Positions 10,034 to 19,439 of a stretch of DNA of 64,000 bases are shown here, piece by piece. The notes under the pieces are model-generated. The model saw only the letters and a program-made list of their open reading frames with translations. It searched no databases and had not been told where the DNA came from. How positions within the stretch are numbered: position 1 is the first letter of the stretch; the number at the start of each line of letters is the position of its first letter. A program made the position numbers and the translations under genes. The DNA comes from Deltaproteobacteria bacterium (GTDB lineage Bacteria; Bdellovibrionota_C; UBA2361; JANWWW01), in contig JANWWW010000001.1 in NCBI GenBank assembly GCA_025055295.1, positions 1,513-65,512 on the forward strand. Reading direction: 5' to 3'.

Positions 10034-10632
10034 TTCTGTTGACCAAGTCTAAGACGGGTTTCGAGTTCGTCTAAAAGAGGTTCAACATTTAATTTCAGGG
10101 TTTCGGAGATGCCCCACCATGATTGGTAAAGCTGAGCCTGCGCGACTTTTTCGCATTCTTTGACAAGCTTCTCAACAATATCGTTTATCTGATATTTGTT
10201 ATTTAAATCGCTTCCTGCAAGTTGTGTCACCGTGCCAAACCAGCAGAAAAACTCTTTAAGGGCGTTTACACCCGTTATCATCAATTGGTTAGCCTCCATT
10301 ACTTTTCCTTCTGCAAAAAGCAGTCTTGACTCCCTGATAATTTTTAATATGGCACTTACTATGTACGGGGACTCCTTTAGCCTTGATCTTGCAAAATTTT
10401 CCGGTGTGTCGGTTTTGACGTCGAAAGACCCACCATGAAATTTGGCGAAAGGACCATTCCATTCCACATCTGATATTTGATTGCCATTATAAAGTATTTC
10501 CACGATCATGTTGTCAGGATCGATAAAACCTTTAAGAATTTCAAGAAAGTCTTCAAATCTTTCAATACCGGAAACATTCATTGAATACTCATGTCCGTCT
10601 ATCCTTACTATTGCCTCTGACTGGTTTTGCAT
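10030..10632 (-). CDS. Hypothetical protein (small beta domain + helical bundle), first gene of the sigma-54 regulator operon
   Basis: 200-aa ORF with 4-bp overlap into the TPR gene. Confidence 0.75.
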   Translation of the reverse strand: MQNQSEAIVRIDGHEYSMNVSGIERFEDFLEILKGFIDPDNMIVEILYNGNQISDVEWNGPFAKFHGGSFDVKTDTPENFARSRLKESPYIVSAILKIIRESRLLFAEGKVMEANQLMITGVNALKEFFCWFGTVTQLAGSDLNNKYQINDIVEKLVKECEKVAQAQLYQSWWGISETLKLNVEPLLDELETRLRLGQQK

Positions 10633-10671
10633 ACACTTTTTAGATACTCTTTAATTGGCAAAAGTTTCACT

Positions 10672-11202
10672 ATGGAACTGATAAAATTTTCCGTTGACGG
10701 AAAAAACATCTACCTTGGAATCGAAACCGAGAAAAACCATTTTCCCCTAATTAACGACACCGCAAAAGTTGCAGAAAAATTCTTGTCTTCCGTAAACCCT
10801 CGCAAAAAAATTGCGTTTTCACGATACCCCTTTCCTCATGTAACAGTAGGATCAATATCTATATCACACAAATTTATAAACAGGGTCAAAATCATATTAA
10901 TCGCGTTTTCAGAAGACCTATCTCAGCTTGGCGTAGATTTGGAATTAGATACCAACAACACCCGATGCTTAAAAATCTTAAAAAGATATGGAATATCTTC
11001 CGATCTTTACGAGCCGGTTCAGTTATTTGGAATACTGGAAGCCGGGGTAAAATATTTCAGCTCAAAACTTACAAGACGGGTCTATCTAAATGAAATTGGA
11101 TTGGATAATAACTTGGTATATCTGCGTTCATTAGACGATCAGAATGGATACCCTCTTTGTCTATCTTTTGATAAACTTCGGGTTAGTTTGGTTTACAAGT
11201 AA
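10672..11202 (+). CDS. Divergent 4'-phosphopantetheinyl transferase (Sfp/EntD-like)
   Basis: SISISH, LGVDLE and EA..K motifs; start taken at MELIKF. Confidence 0.55.
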   Translation: MELIKFSVDGKNIYLGIETEKNHFPLINDTAKVAEKFLSSVNPRKKIAFSRYPFPHVTVGSISISHKFINRVKIILIAFSEDLSQLGVDLELDTNNTRCLKILKRYGISSDLYEPVQLFGILEAGVKYFSSKLTRRVYLNEIGLDNNLVYLRSLDDQNGYPLCLSFDKLRVSLVYK

Positions 11203-11783
11203 TGTTCGGTAAAGAGGATATACGTGATTTTTTGTTGATAATTGTGGCTGTCATAATCGCGCGTGGCATGGTATTTGAACCGTATAGGATACCGTCTGGT
11301 TCTATGTACCCAACATTGCAAGAGGGCGATATTGTAGTGGGGAGTAAGTTGAGTTACGGATTTAGAATCCCCTTTACCTTTAATATGTTATTCCAATACA
11401 GGCCTGTTAAGAGAGGGGATGTGGTCATCTTTACAAGGCCGGATGATCCGCTCTCCCCCCTAAACGAAAACTGGACAAATTTTGTCAAAAGAGTTATAGC
11501 GTTACCGGGTGAAGAGGTTGAAGTGAGGAATACCAAAGTATTTATAAACGACGTTGAGCTGAAAGAACCTTACGCCAAATATTTTAAGGGTGGTCTGTAC
11601 GACTTTCCTAAAACTAGAGTTCCTGAAGGAAAAATTTTTTTATTGGGAGATAATCGAGATGACTCGACCGACTCAAGATTCTGGCCGTACACTTTTCTCG
11701 ATATATCGCGAGTCAGAGGAAAGGTTGTGTTTGTGCTTTTTTCTCTCTCCGATTTTGACAGGAGATTTATTTTGGTTAAATGA
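11202..11783 (+). CDS. lepB: Signal peptidase I
   Basis: IPSGSMYPTL catalytic Ser, FVKRVIALPG catalytic Lys, GDNRDDSTDSR. Confidence 0.96.
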   Translation: MFGKEDIRDFLLIIVAVIIARGMVFEPYRIPSGSMYPTLQEGDIVVGSKLSYGFRIPFTFNMLFQYRPVKRGDVVIFTRPDDPLSPLNENWTNFVKRVIALPGEEVEVRNTKVFINDVELKEPYAKYFKGGLYDFPKTRVPEGKIFLLGDNRDDSTDSRFWPYTFLDISRVRGKVVFVLFSLSDFDRRFILVK

Positions 11784-12628
11784 TTGTCGATCTTAATCGC
11801 ACAGCTATCAAAATTTCAGGCAAAAATGCTCTCAGCTACCTTGAAAATAGGTTAACAGGCATCGTTGATGATGAGGAAACTTTTCAGCCAAATTTCGCGC
11901 TATCACCAACCGGTAAAATCGAGGGATTTTACAGAGTTATCAAAAAAAAAGGAGAGTTCTATGTGATTATCGAATCTTCACCCCCAGAGGAGGCCATCTT
12001 GAGCCTTTTTCGTTTCAAAGTGGCTGAAAATATTAGCTGGACTGAATTAAACGACGTTAAAATTTACCACTCGTTGTTTGAACCCGTATCATTGCCAACA
12101 ACCTCAATTGTAGGTAAGTCCGTAAGAACTGGTATGTGGGGATTTGACATCATATGCGAAAACAATCTTTTTGACACAATGAATTATCCGGCCCAAAAAA
12201 TTTCGGAGTCGGAAATGGAGTTTGAAAAACTAAGGATTGCGTACGGAGATCCTTTATTTTTCGAAGAAGTTCCGGCGAGCGCAAGTTTTGCGGAGATCGC
12301 TCATATGTATCCTCCCAAAAAAGGAAAGTGTTATGTGGGCCAGGAAGTGGTTGAAAAATCTTTATCTATTGGTCGACCTCCTTATATCTTAAAACGATAT
12401 AAAATAAAGCAAACTGATTTGGTGAGTGACGCTATTGATGCGGGTCAAACTATAGTGGACCTCGAATCAAATTTGGCTGTAGGAAAAGTGCTGACTTATC
12501 GTTCAGGCCACGGCTTTATTCGAGTAAAACCTGGTTGTTGGGGTGTAGGGATCAAGACGAGCACGAACATAATCCCGGTAATAGTAGAACCGGAAACGAC
12601 TAATCACCAACCAGATGAATATCCCTGA
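11780..12628 (+). CDS. ygfZ: YgfZ/GcvT-family folate-binding Fe-S repair protein
   Basis: ISGKNA..YL start, KCYVGQE signature. Confidence 0.85.
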   Translation: MIVDLNRTAIKISGKNALSYLENRLTGIVDDEETFQPNFALSPTGKIEGFYRVIKKKGEFYVIIESSPPEEAILSLFRFKVAENISWTELNDVKIYHSLFEPVSLPTTSIVGKSVRTGMWGFDIICENNLFDTMNYPAQKISESEMEFEKLRIAYGDPLFFEEVPASASFAEIAHMYPPKKGKCYVGQEVVEKSLSIGRPPYILKRYKIKQTDLVSDAIDAGQTIVDLESNLAVGKVLTYRSGHGFIRVKPGCWGVGIKTSTNIIPVIVEPETTNHQPDEYP

Positions 12629-14200
12629 ACACAACGTAAAAAGTGATGCATGTGGGAAAACGCTTATCGTGAAATCGTATTTTGCCAAATAGAGTTTAAG
12701 GGCATTGAGTCCGATAACCAAAAATAAAAAACCAAAAGTTGCAAGGAGTCGTACACCCAACTTTAGGATCATAAAAAGCATAAAAAGATACGACGTTACA
12801 ACGATTATATTCATCAACTCAAAGTCAACAGTTGCTTGGTAAATAATTACATTTTTTACCTCGTCAAAAACGAAATGCTTGGCTTGAAGGTTGAATAAAA
12901 GCAACTCAGATATTTTGCTTGTGACAAAATACTCAAGTGAAGATAAAAAATTCCGGTCCAAGTTGCTTGCCTTAAATGCGTGAAATAACACCACATTAAA
13001 AGTACCAAATACAAAAAGCCAGCTATAAAAGAAGAATTTGAGGTAAGTTGACACTTTCATTTGATGATGAGCGAAGCCAACTATGGGCGTCATAACGAGT
13101 AAACTAAGCAGCGAAAACTTAAAACTCAGTTTTGCAGCTTCGAAATGCGCCACTGCTATAGCTGCCGATGTGAAAGCGAGTAGAATCGCACTTAAATTAA
13201 CAAGGCCCATAAGAAAAGAGGCGTGATTTGGCTTACTATGCCCGTCATAAGAAGTATTTGATGAGGTTTTGTTTCTTTTAAAAGCCATAACCCCCTTAAC
13301 CGATTTTTTTCTTGCTTTTATTGGTTCATCTTTGGTCTTTTCTAACGATATATTCACACTGGCATTTCCGAAATTTCTTAATTCTTCAGAAATCGCCATA
13401 AAAGATTTTTTAACCACCTCGGTCGACACTGGCCTCAAATCAGGGTTTTTCTCAAGCATACTTGAAACAAGGTTAGCCAAAGAGGCAGGAATTCTTGTGT
13501 CAAGGTCTTTTAAGCTGCGAGGTACAAGTGTTGTGTGTTTTTCAAAGGCTGACTGGGTGGACTCTGATTCAAACGGACAAGAACCCGAGCAAAGTTCATA
13601 AGCTATAACTCCGAGTGAATACAAATCGGATTTAAAATCCGGTTTTTTCCCAAGCCATATTTCGGGAGCGACGTATCCAAAACTACCATAAACTCTATGG
13701 TCTAATTCCAAAGGATTGCTTGTTAGAAGGTTGGCAATGCCGAAATCAGCAATTTTACAATCAAGATTTTCGGTCAATATAATGTTTGCCGGTTTTAAAT
13801 CGCGATGAATTACTCCAGCTTTGTGTATCTCCGACAAACCGTCGGTAATTTGAATCAGAAACTTCAATATTAAATTAAGTGGTATAGATCTAACCTTAGA
13901 AAGGTAACTCCTCAACGAATCCCCAGAGATGTATTCCATAGTGTAATACAAACATCCCTCAGCCCACCCTAGATCAAAAGTTCTTACCACATTTGGATGA
14001 GATATTTTTCTTGTGAGCTTTACTTCGTAGATAAATTTTTCAACATAAAGCGGGTTAAGGGTGGCTTCTTTTTTTATCACCTTCAAAGCCACTTTTTCAT
14101 TCAACAAGCTGTCCTCAACAAGATAAACCTGTCCCATCCCCCCTTTACCGATCAAGGAAATAAAACGATACCGATCAGCAAACAGCTTGTTATCCTGCAT
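12503..14200 (-). CDS. Hanks-type Ser/Thr protein kinase with multi-pass membrane C-terminus
   Basis: IGKGGMGQVY, VALK, HRDLKPAN, DFG, YVAPE, DLYSLG; several hydrophobic helices after residue ~330. Confidence 0.93.
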   Translation of the reverse strand: MQDNKLFADRYRFISLIGKGGMGQVYLVEDSLLNEKVALKVIKKEATLNPLYVEKFIYEVKLTRKISHPNVVRTFDLGWAEGCLYYTMEYISGDSLRSYLSKVRSIPLNLILKFLIQITDGLSEIHKAGVIHRDLKPANIILTENLDCKIADFGIANLLTSNPLELDHRVYGSFGYVAPEIWLGKKPDFKSDLYSLGVIAYELCSGSCPFESESTQSAFEKHTTLVPRSLKDLDTRIPASLANLVSSMLEKNPDLRPVSTEVVKKSFMAISEELRNFGNASVNISLEKTKDEPIKARKKSVKGVMAFKRNKTSSNTSYDGHSKPNHASFLMGLVNLSAILLAFTSAAIAVAHFEAAKLSFKFSLLSLLVMTPIVGFAHHQMKVSTYLKFFFYSWLFVFGTFNVVLFHAFKASNLDRNFLSSLEYFVTSKISELLLFNLQAKHFVFDEVKNVIIYQATVDFELMNIIVVTSYLFMLFMILKLGVRLLATFGFLFLVIGLNALKLYLAKYDFTISVFPHASLFTLCSGIFIWLVISRFRFYYYRDYVRARLDPYTPTTRFYSNKAVA

Positions 14201-14237
14201 CTAGAAAGACTTATCGGTATAATTTAGCAATATCTAA

Positions 14238-14606
14238 ATGAAAATATTTCTTTTTTTGGTTCTACACATTTTGACAGAACCTTTCGATTTGTCATTTGAG
14301 AGAAAGTTACAAAACTTTTATCGGTCTCTTTGGAGCCCTTTTTGTCCGGGACGGTCATTGGCAGATTGTCCAACTCAACAAGCAGAGAATTTAAAGGTTG
14401 AAATAAGGCAAATGGTCATTGAGGGCAAAGACCTTAAATTCATAGTGTCGGAATTGAACTCCAGATACGGCCAAAACGTGGTCTCTTACCCATCCGAAAA
14501 GAAAGAAATTTTGATTGCAAAGTTACCCTTTTATTTCTTTGTTGGCATAGTTATTTTTTTCTTTTGTTTTAAGGCCAGAACCATATATCGGAACGCAAAG
14601 CATTAA
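14238..14606 (+). CDS. ccmH: CcmH/CycL-family cytochrome c biogenesis protein (SxxC variant)
   Basis: LWSPFCPGRSLADC...LKVEIRQMV.EGK...RYG and C-terminal TM match the CcmH N-domain. Confidence 0.7.
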   Translation: MKIFLFLVLHILTEPFDLSFERKLQNFYRSLWSPFCPGRSLADCPTQQAENLKVEIRQMVIEGKDLKFIVSELNSRYGQNVVSYPSEKKEILIAKLPFYFFVGIVIFFFCFKARTIYRNAKH

Positions 14607-15126
14607 TACAGTTTTCCACATGTTGTCTAAAATCCACTTCAAGCTCTTCCGCGCCCCGAAGCAAAACATCTCTGCTGATGCCTTTGCTAAAACTTTTCTC
14701 GTTAAATCTTTTCATGACAAAATCAAACGTAAGATCCTCAAAGTTTCTGGAGGGATGTACCCTTGAGCAAGCATTTAAAAAACCGGACAATTCATCCACT
14801 GCGTATAAACATTTTGCCAGTTGTGTCACCCGTTGCACGTTGGTGTAATCGGCATGACCTAGTACAGCTTCAATTATGGAGTCAGAAAAACCATTGTTCT
14901 TGAGTATTGACACGCCGAGGTAGGGGTGACCATCCGGAGGATTTGTGTGTTTTGTGGTATCGTAATCGAGATCATGAACCAGCCCGGTTACTACCCACTC
15001 TTCATTATTTTGGTGAAAAAAATTTGCGTAGTAATTCATGCATTGAGCCACCTGCAAAAGGTGTCTAAGCAGGTTATCCGACTTCACATGACTGCGCACA
15101 AGTTCCCTAGCCTTTGCTAATAACAT
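14569..15126 (-). CDS. HDIG-domain metal-dependent hydrolase
   Basis: LLRH, GLVHDLDY, HP..G, GHA, LYAVDELSG, F.EKSF.KG. Confidence 0.88.
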   Translation of the reverse strand: MLLAKARELVRSHVKSDNLLRHLLQVAQCMNYYANFFHQNNEEWVVTGLVHDLDYDTTKHTNPPDGHPYLGVSILKNNGFSDSIIEAVLGHADYTNVQRVTQLAKCLYAVDELSGFLNACSRVHPSRNFEDLTFDFVMKRFNEKSFSKGISRDVLLRGAEELEVDFRQHVENCINALRSDIWFWP

Positions 15127-15136
15127 TTAAAGAACT

Positions 15137-16435
15137 TTAACTTTTTTTGAATCGACTGGCAACCAAAGTGACAAATTTTTCGTCGTTGCAAAATTCGTTC
15201 TCGAGGGCTTTTCGCTTTAATGCCCTGAGGCAACGTCCGAGAAAAACGCCCTCCGTAAACCCAAGCTTTTTTAGAGTGTTGCCATTAAACAAGAAAGTCA
15301 CCTTATGCGGACGAGTGGCTTCAAGAACCAAAGTATCAAAATACTGTAGCGCTTCCAGAACCTGTTCATCAGATTGGATTGGCGGCTTATCCGCAATTTT
15401 AAAAAGTCTCCATAAGTTAAACCATTTGCCGGACTCAAGCCGAATTCGTCTCGCTCCCGATGGGCCGCAATGCAATGGTCTCATATGAAGTTTTACAAGC
15501 GTCTTAACCGCTTGAACAAACTCTTGTTCTAAAGCGAAACCTTTTAAGACTGCTTCCGCATACTGTGCTGACAAAAATTCATGGTTGTAAAATCGCCTTC
15601 TTTTATTTTTATCGATTACCAAAGACTGTGGTTTCGCTATATCGTGAAAAAAACCGGTGGCGACGAGAATTTGTTTCTCATAAGCCGACAACGAGTAGGT
15701 CCGAGAAATATCCTCGCATCTTTCAATTACAGTTAGAATATGGTTAGAGACGTCCTCAGTATGAAATTCGTTCTGGAGGAAGCCCCGTGTGAACGGCCAT
15801 AAACTAAACAGCTCGTCTAAAATTAACATGTCATTCATAAACCTAAAAGCTTGTCCAACATAATCCGCTTTAAGTATTTTGAAAAATTCAGCCCCCTTTC
15901 TTTCAGGCTTCGCTTGTTGAAGACTTTCAAGGCTTTCCTTTATCTTCATAATCACGTCCTCATGAACGGTAAAACCTATACCCGGCCCAAACCTAACTGC
16001 CCTTAAAATTCTAACCGAATCTTCGGAAATTGAATTCAACGAAACTAATCTCAAGATCCTCATATCAAGATCTTTGAGGCCGCCAAAAGGATCTACAATC
16101 TCGCCCGTTGAAACATTTTGAGCAATCGCATTTACTGTAAAGTCTCTTCCCGAGAGATCCGAAATCAAATCACCCCTTATTTCCGTAAAGTCAAATGTTA
16201 CATTTTCATGAAAAGCTCTCACTGTCTCATACCTGTCGGATAGCCTGAACCAAGAGATATTCTTTTTCCGCAAATATTCAACCACCTTTTGCAGATTTCC
16301 TACGATTAAATCAACCTCTCCTTGAAAAGGCTTGTTGAGAAAGTAGTCTCTTAGGTATCCTCCAACTAAATACCCATCTACTAATTTCGATACTGCCTGA
16401 ATTAGTGAATTATTCAAGATATGTTCAGGTTGCAA
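15137..16435 (-). CDS. tRNA nucleotidyltransferase (class II) with HD domain, probably CC-adding type
   Basis: YLVGGYLRD, EVD, RDFTVNA, DPFGG..DL, ED..R.LRA.RF, HDIAKP, F..HE, HM. Confidence 0.88.
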   Translation of the reverse strand: MQPEHILNNSLIQAVSKLVDGYLVGGYLRDYFLNKPFQGEVDLIVGNLQKVVEYLRKKNISWFRLSDRYETVRAFHENVTFDFTEIRGDLISDLSGRDFTVNAIAQNVSTGEIVDPFGGLKDLDMRILRLVSLNSISEDSVRILRAVRFGPGIGFTVHEDVIMKIKESLESLQQAKPERKGAEFFKILKADYVGQAFRFMNDMLILDELFSLWPFTRGFLQNEFHTEDVSNHILTVIERCEDISRTYSLSAYEKQILVATGFFHDIAKPQSLVIDKNKRRRFYNHEFLSAQYAEAVLKGFALEQEFVQAVKTLVKLHMRPLHCGPSGARRIRLESGKWFNLWRLFKIADKPPIQSDEQVLEALQYFDTLVLEATRPHKVTFLFNGNTLKKLGFTEGVFLGRCLRALKRKALENEFCNDEKFVTLVASRFKKS

Positions 16436-16444
16436 TTTTCCTAA

Positions 16445-16954
16445 TCAGTAATAAAATATGTAATTCCTCCAGCTCGTAGGAACCTCCTCCCTGTCCCTGA
16501 GTATCGGGAGCCACAGAGGCTTTCTTGGGTGAGCAAGGAGGGTCAAGCCTGCCTCAGAAGGAGTTTTATCTCCTTTCTTTCGATTGCAAGAAGCACACGA
16601 TGTGACCATATTCTCCCAAGTAGATTGTCCTCCTCTTGATCGTGGAATTATATGATCAATCGTTGCTGAAACCGGGTTTAATTTAGACCCGCAGTACTGG
16701 CATCGAAAACCGTCCCGAGCAAGAAGGTTCGCCCTTGTTAACGGCACACTTCTTCTGAAATGTTTTGCCATGTGAAGCAGTCTGACAACAGACGGCAAAT
16801 ACACCGATAGATTTACGCTTCTAATTACGTGATCATATGTTTCGATAATTTCAACTTTGTTGGCAAAATATAAATTAATCGCTCTTTTCCAAGTGATAAC
16901 CTTTAAAGGTTCGTAACTTGCATTCAGAAGTAGAACCGGTTTGAAAGGCTTCAT
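16445..16954 (-). CDS. HNH endonuclease (McrA/HNH_5-like)
   Basis: LLLNASYEPL start; RDGFRCQYCG, TIDHIIPRSRGG, WEN.V.SC..CN..K. Confidence 0.92.
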   Translation of the reverse strand: MKPFKPVLLLNASYEPLKVITWKRAINLYFANKVEIIETYDHVIRSVNLSVYLPSVVRLLHMAKHFRRSVPLTRANLLARDGFRCQYCGSKLNPVSATIDHIIPRSRGGQSTWENMVTSCASCNRKKGDKTPSEAGLTLLAHPRKPLWLPILRDREEVPTSWRNYIFYY

Positions 16955-17021
16955 TATGTTTTATTTAAATTATCGGCCTTATAATTATGTTTATCAATAA
17001 ATTTTAGGCACACGATAATTT

Positions 17022-17552
17022 ATGAGAAATATCACCTCAATAAAAGCTGTAATAATCAGCCGCACCAGTTACCAAAAAAAAGATTATTTTGAAGCCTTCA
17101 CTCAAGAGTACGGGAAAATCAACCTACAACTTTCGTTGAGAATTCGTTACTTCAGGCGTGTCGATGAAAGCGACTTTTGCGAACTTGATGTGGTGAACAG
17201 AGAACAGGACACTTGGGTAATTTGCGGAATTCACTCAATAAAAACTTTCAAAAAACTGCGTCAGAACACTTTTTGTTATGCGCTCTGGTGTGTTGCTTCA
17301 GAAGTTATCCGAAAATCTTTCGGTTATGAAGTACCGTATCCGGATGTTTTTCAGGCCCTTTTGCGGTTTCTGGCCGACCCGAACCACTTTACCTTAAAAA
17401 ATCTCCTGTCCTGCTCCGCAATTGAGCATGGGATATCTGACTCATCCACGGATACATACCAGTCCATAAAAGCATTGGAAAAGGCTTTGGATATACAAGT
17501 ACGCTCATATGGGGACTTATTGAACTTTAATTATCTAACAGAAACTACTTGA
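17022..17552 (+). CDS. Divergent RecO-like DNA repair protein
   Basis: N-terminal OB-like KAVIISR.SY..FTQEYGKI then F.KLR..helical domain; weak similarity only. Confidence 0.55.
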   Translation: MRNITSIKAVIISRTSYQKKDYFEAFTQEYGKINLQLSLRIRYFRRVDESDFCELDVVNREQDTWVICGIHSIKTFKKLRQNTFCYALWCVASEVIRKSFGYEVPYPDVFQALLRFLADPNHFTLKNLLSCSAIEHGISDSSTDTYQSIKALEKALDIQVRSYGDLLNFNYLTETT

Positions 17553-17589
17553 AAAGCTGTGGCGAAACGAGTTTAATACAAATACTAGT

Positions 17590-17931
17590 ATGCCGAAAAA
17601 GCAGAACGTTGAGGCTCATGCAAAGGAAGATTTGTATGAGAATTGTTTAAGTGAAATTTACTTTAGCAACGATTTTAAAGCTGAACGCAACCTGCTTGCA
17701 GCGGTGCTAGCCAGAGCTATTTGCGACGCTTTTGGAAGCGCCGATGTGGAAAAGCATGTTCGAAGAACAGCTCGTCAGTGGATTTTTGGTTCAAACGATC
17801 CTTCAAAACCTTTTTCTTTTGAGTGGGTGTGTAACAGCCTCGAGATAGATCCTTTTGAATTAAGAAGAATGCTTCGAAATTACGAACTTGACCCTAAATT
17901 ATTCGAAGATAAGTTCTCGCTGTTAAAGTAA
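17590..17931 (+). CDS. Small helical hypothetical protein (ERxLLxAVL...PFSFxWVC..L..DP family)
   Basis: 113 aa; same motif pattern as 43590-43913. Confidence 0.8.
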   Translation: MPKKQNVEAHAKEDLYENCLSEIYFSNDFKAERNLLAAVLARAICDAFGSADVEKHVRRTARQWIFGSNDPSKPFSFEWVCNSLEIDPFELRRMLRNYELDPKLFEDKFSLLK

Positions 17932-18173
17932 GTCTATAATTATTTTAGCTCTCGTCAATTTTCCGGAACTTGCGTGAATGTGTTTTTTTCTTTTTTCGCT
18001 GAATGAGGTTATTACGAGGATTATTCTGGTTTCTGGCTTTGATTATCATATTCAAACTTTGGCAAAGCTCTATTGAAACTGAAAACTTTAAAGGCTTCTT
18101 GATCTCCGCAATTCACACTCTTTTAGCATGGTTCTTTTTTGACTTCTTTGTTCTACGTCGCCCCGAGTAAATC

Positions 18174-19378
18174 TTATTCGAAAATCTCAAGTGGACCAAA
18201 AATGTAGTTTTTTTTGCCGAACTTGTTCATTCCCATCAAAATGTTTTGACACTGCATTGCAAGATCCTCATCAAAAACCTCGCCGTTTTTGTGCAAATCG
18301 TCCAAGTTAACTGAGCGCATGGACAAATAATAGTCTGGATCCAGGTTTTTGGACGTGCACTTAAATTTAAAGTTTTCGAAAGTCTCTTTGATATTGTGAT
18401 CGGACACCTCAAAATACTTGAAAAACCTTCTTTGCATAAATCTCATGCAAAGATCACTTAAAATAGAGTCCTTGCTCTTTGACCATTGGATCAAGTGATA
18501 ACGAAACCATGACTCGCTATTAACGTAAACATCTTCAATACCGATGTCATTCCATGAAGCACATCGCAAAAATCTGACCATAGTCTCATCCGCAAAAACT
18601 TGGTTGTGAGATAAAAATTTTGCCCGCTTGACGATTTTTTCTAGAAGAACCTCTGCGCTAAGAACTTTTGGATGGTAGAACACCTGATCGTACATCGCAA
18701 ACCTTGACAAGAAGAAACTTAAAAGGGTTGGAATCCTCCGTTTTTTTATCCCCAATTTTTCCTGTTTTACTATAAGGCTGTCAATGAGGGCGTCTACATT
18801 GTAAATTCCAAATCCAACTCCCGATAGAATAGAGTCCGTGTATATCCAACTACCCCTGTCAACATTCCAAAAATCGCCATGAAGAAGCTGATAACAGTAT
18901 TCGGGAGCCAGCCGCCTTTCCTGTCCAAGCAAGTCAGTTAAATAATCTAGAATTTTATCCGGCAGATTAATCTCACTTTGAAACCAAGAGCTGGTTATGA
19001 TTTTCAGTCCCAATTTTTCATGAAAATCCTGCTGGTCGGGGAACCATATGCGCCAAGCAAGATGACTGCCCGGCGCTAAGTGACCTATATCATGCAACAA
19101 ACTTGCCAGCACTAGGGAATAGGCTAGTCTACGGACTGTTCCAAAATTTCCAGTTTCTTTGCACATCTATACATTAAATATGCTGCATGAAGCGAATGGC
19201 CAAACCTGGTGTTTTCCGAAAAAGGGAAAACATATCGACAACAACCGGTTTGATATACATCCCTCAATCTTTGAAGCCACCTACAGTCAAGTATCGACAT
19301 AAACAATTCCTCCACCGGTGGCGGAAATTCAAAATCAAGGGTTTTGTCGACTAAATAAGAAAAGTTTCTGGTAACCAC
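18174..19378 (-). pseudogene. HD-domain phosphohydrolase (dNTP triphosphohydrolase/SAMHD1-like) split by a frameshift
   Basis: ORF 19124-19378 has LQRLR.V.Q...VFP...TRF.HSL; ORF 18174-19166 continues with LLHDIGH, HE, DR...D, R..MY.QV.YH. Frames differ by -1 within 19124-19166. Confidence 0.82.
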
Positions 19379-19439
19379 AAAAAATATTTTAGAAAAAATT
19401 TGAAATTAACGATATTTTTCGTCAAATGGGAGAGGCGCT

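Noticed and set aside
16445..16954. HNH gene as a restriction or anti-phage system
   Set aside because: It belongs to a widespread stand-alone family, with no adjacent methylase or defence partner.
17932..18173. tmRNA or other ncRNA starting GGGGCG on the minus strand
   Set aside because: The gap is too short and no tRNA-like 3' end was found.
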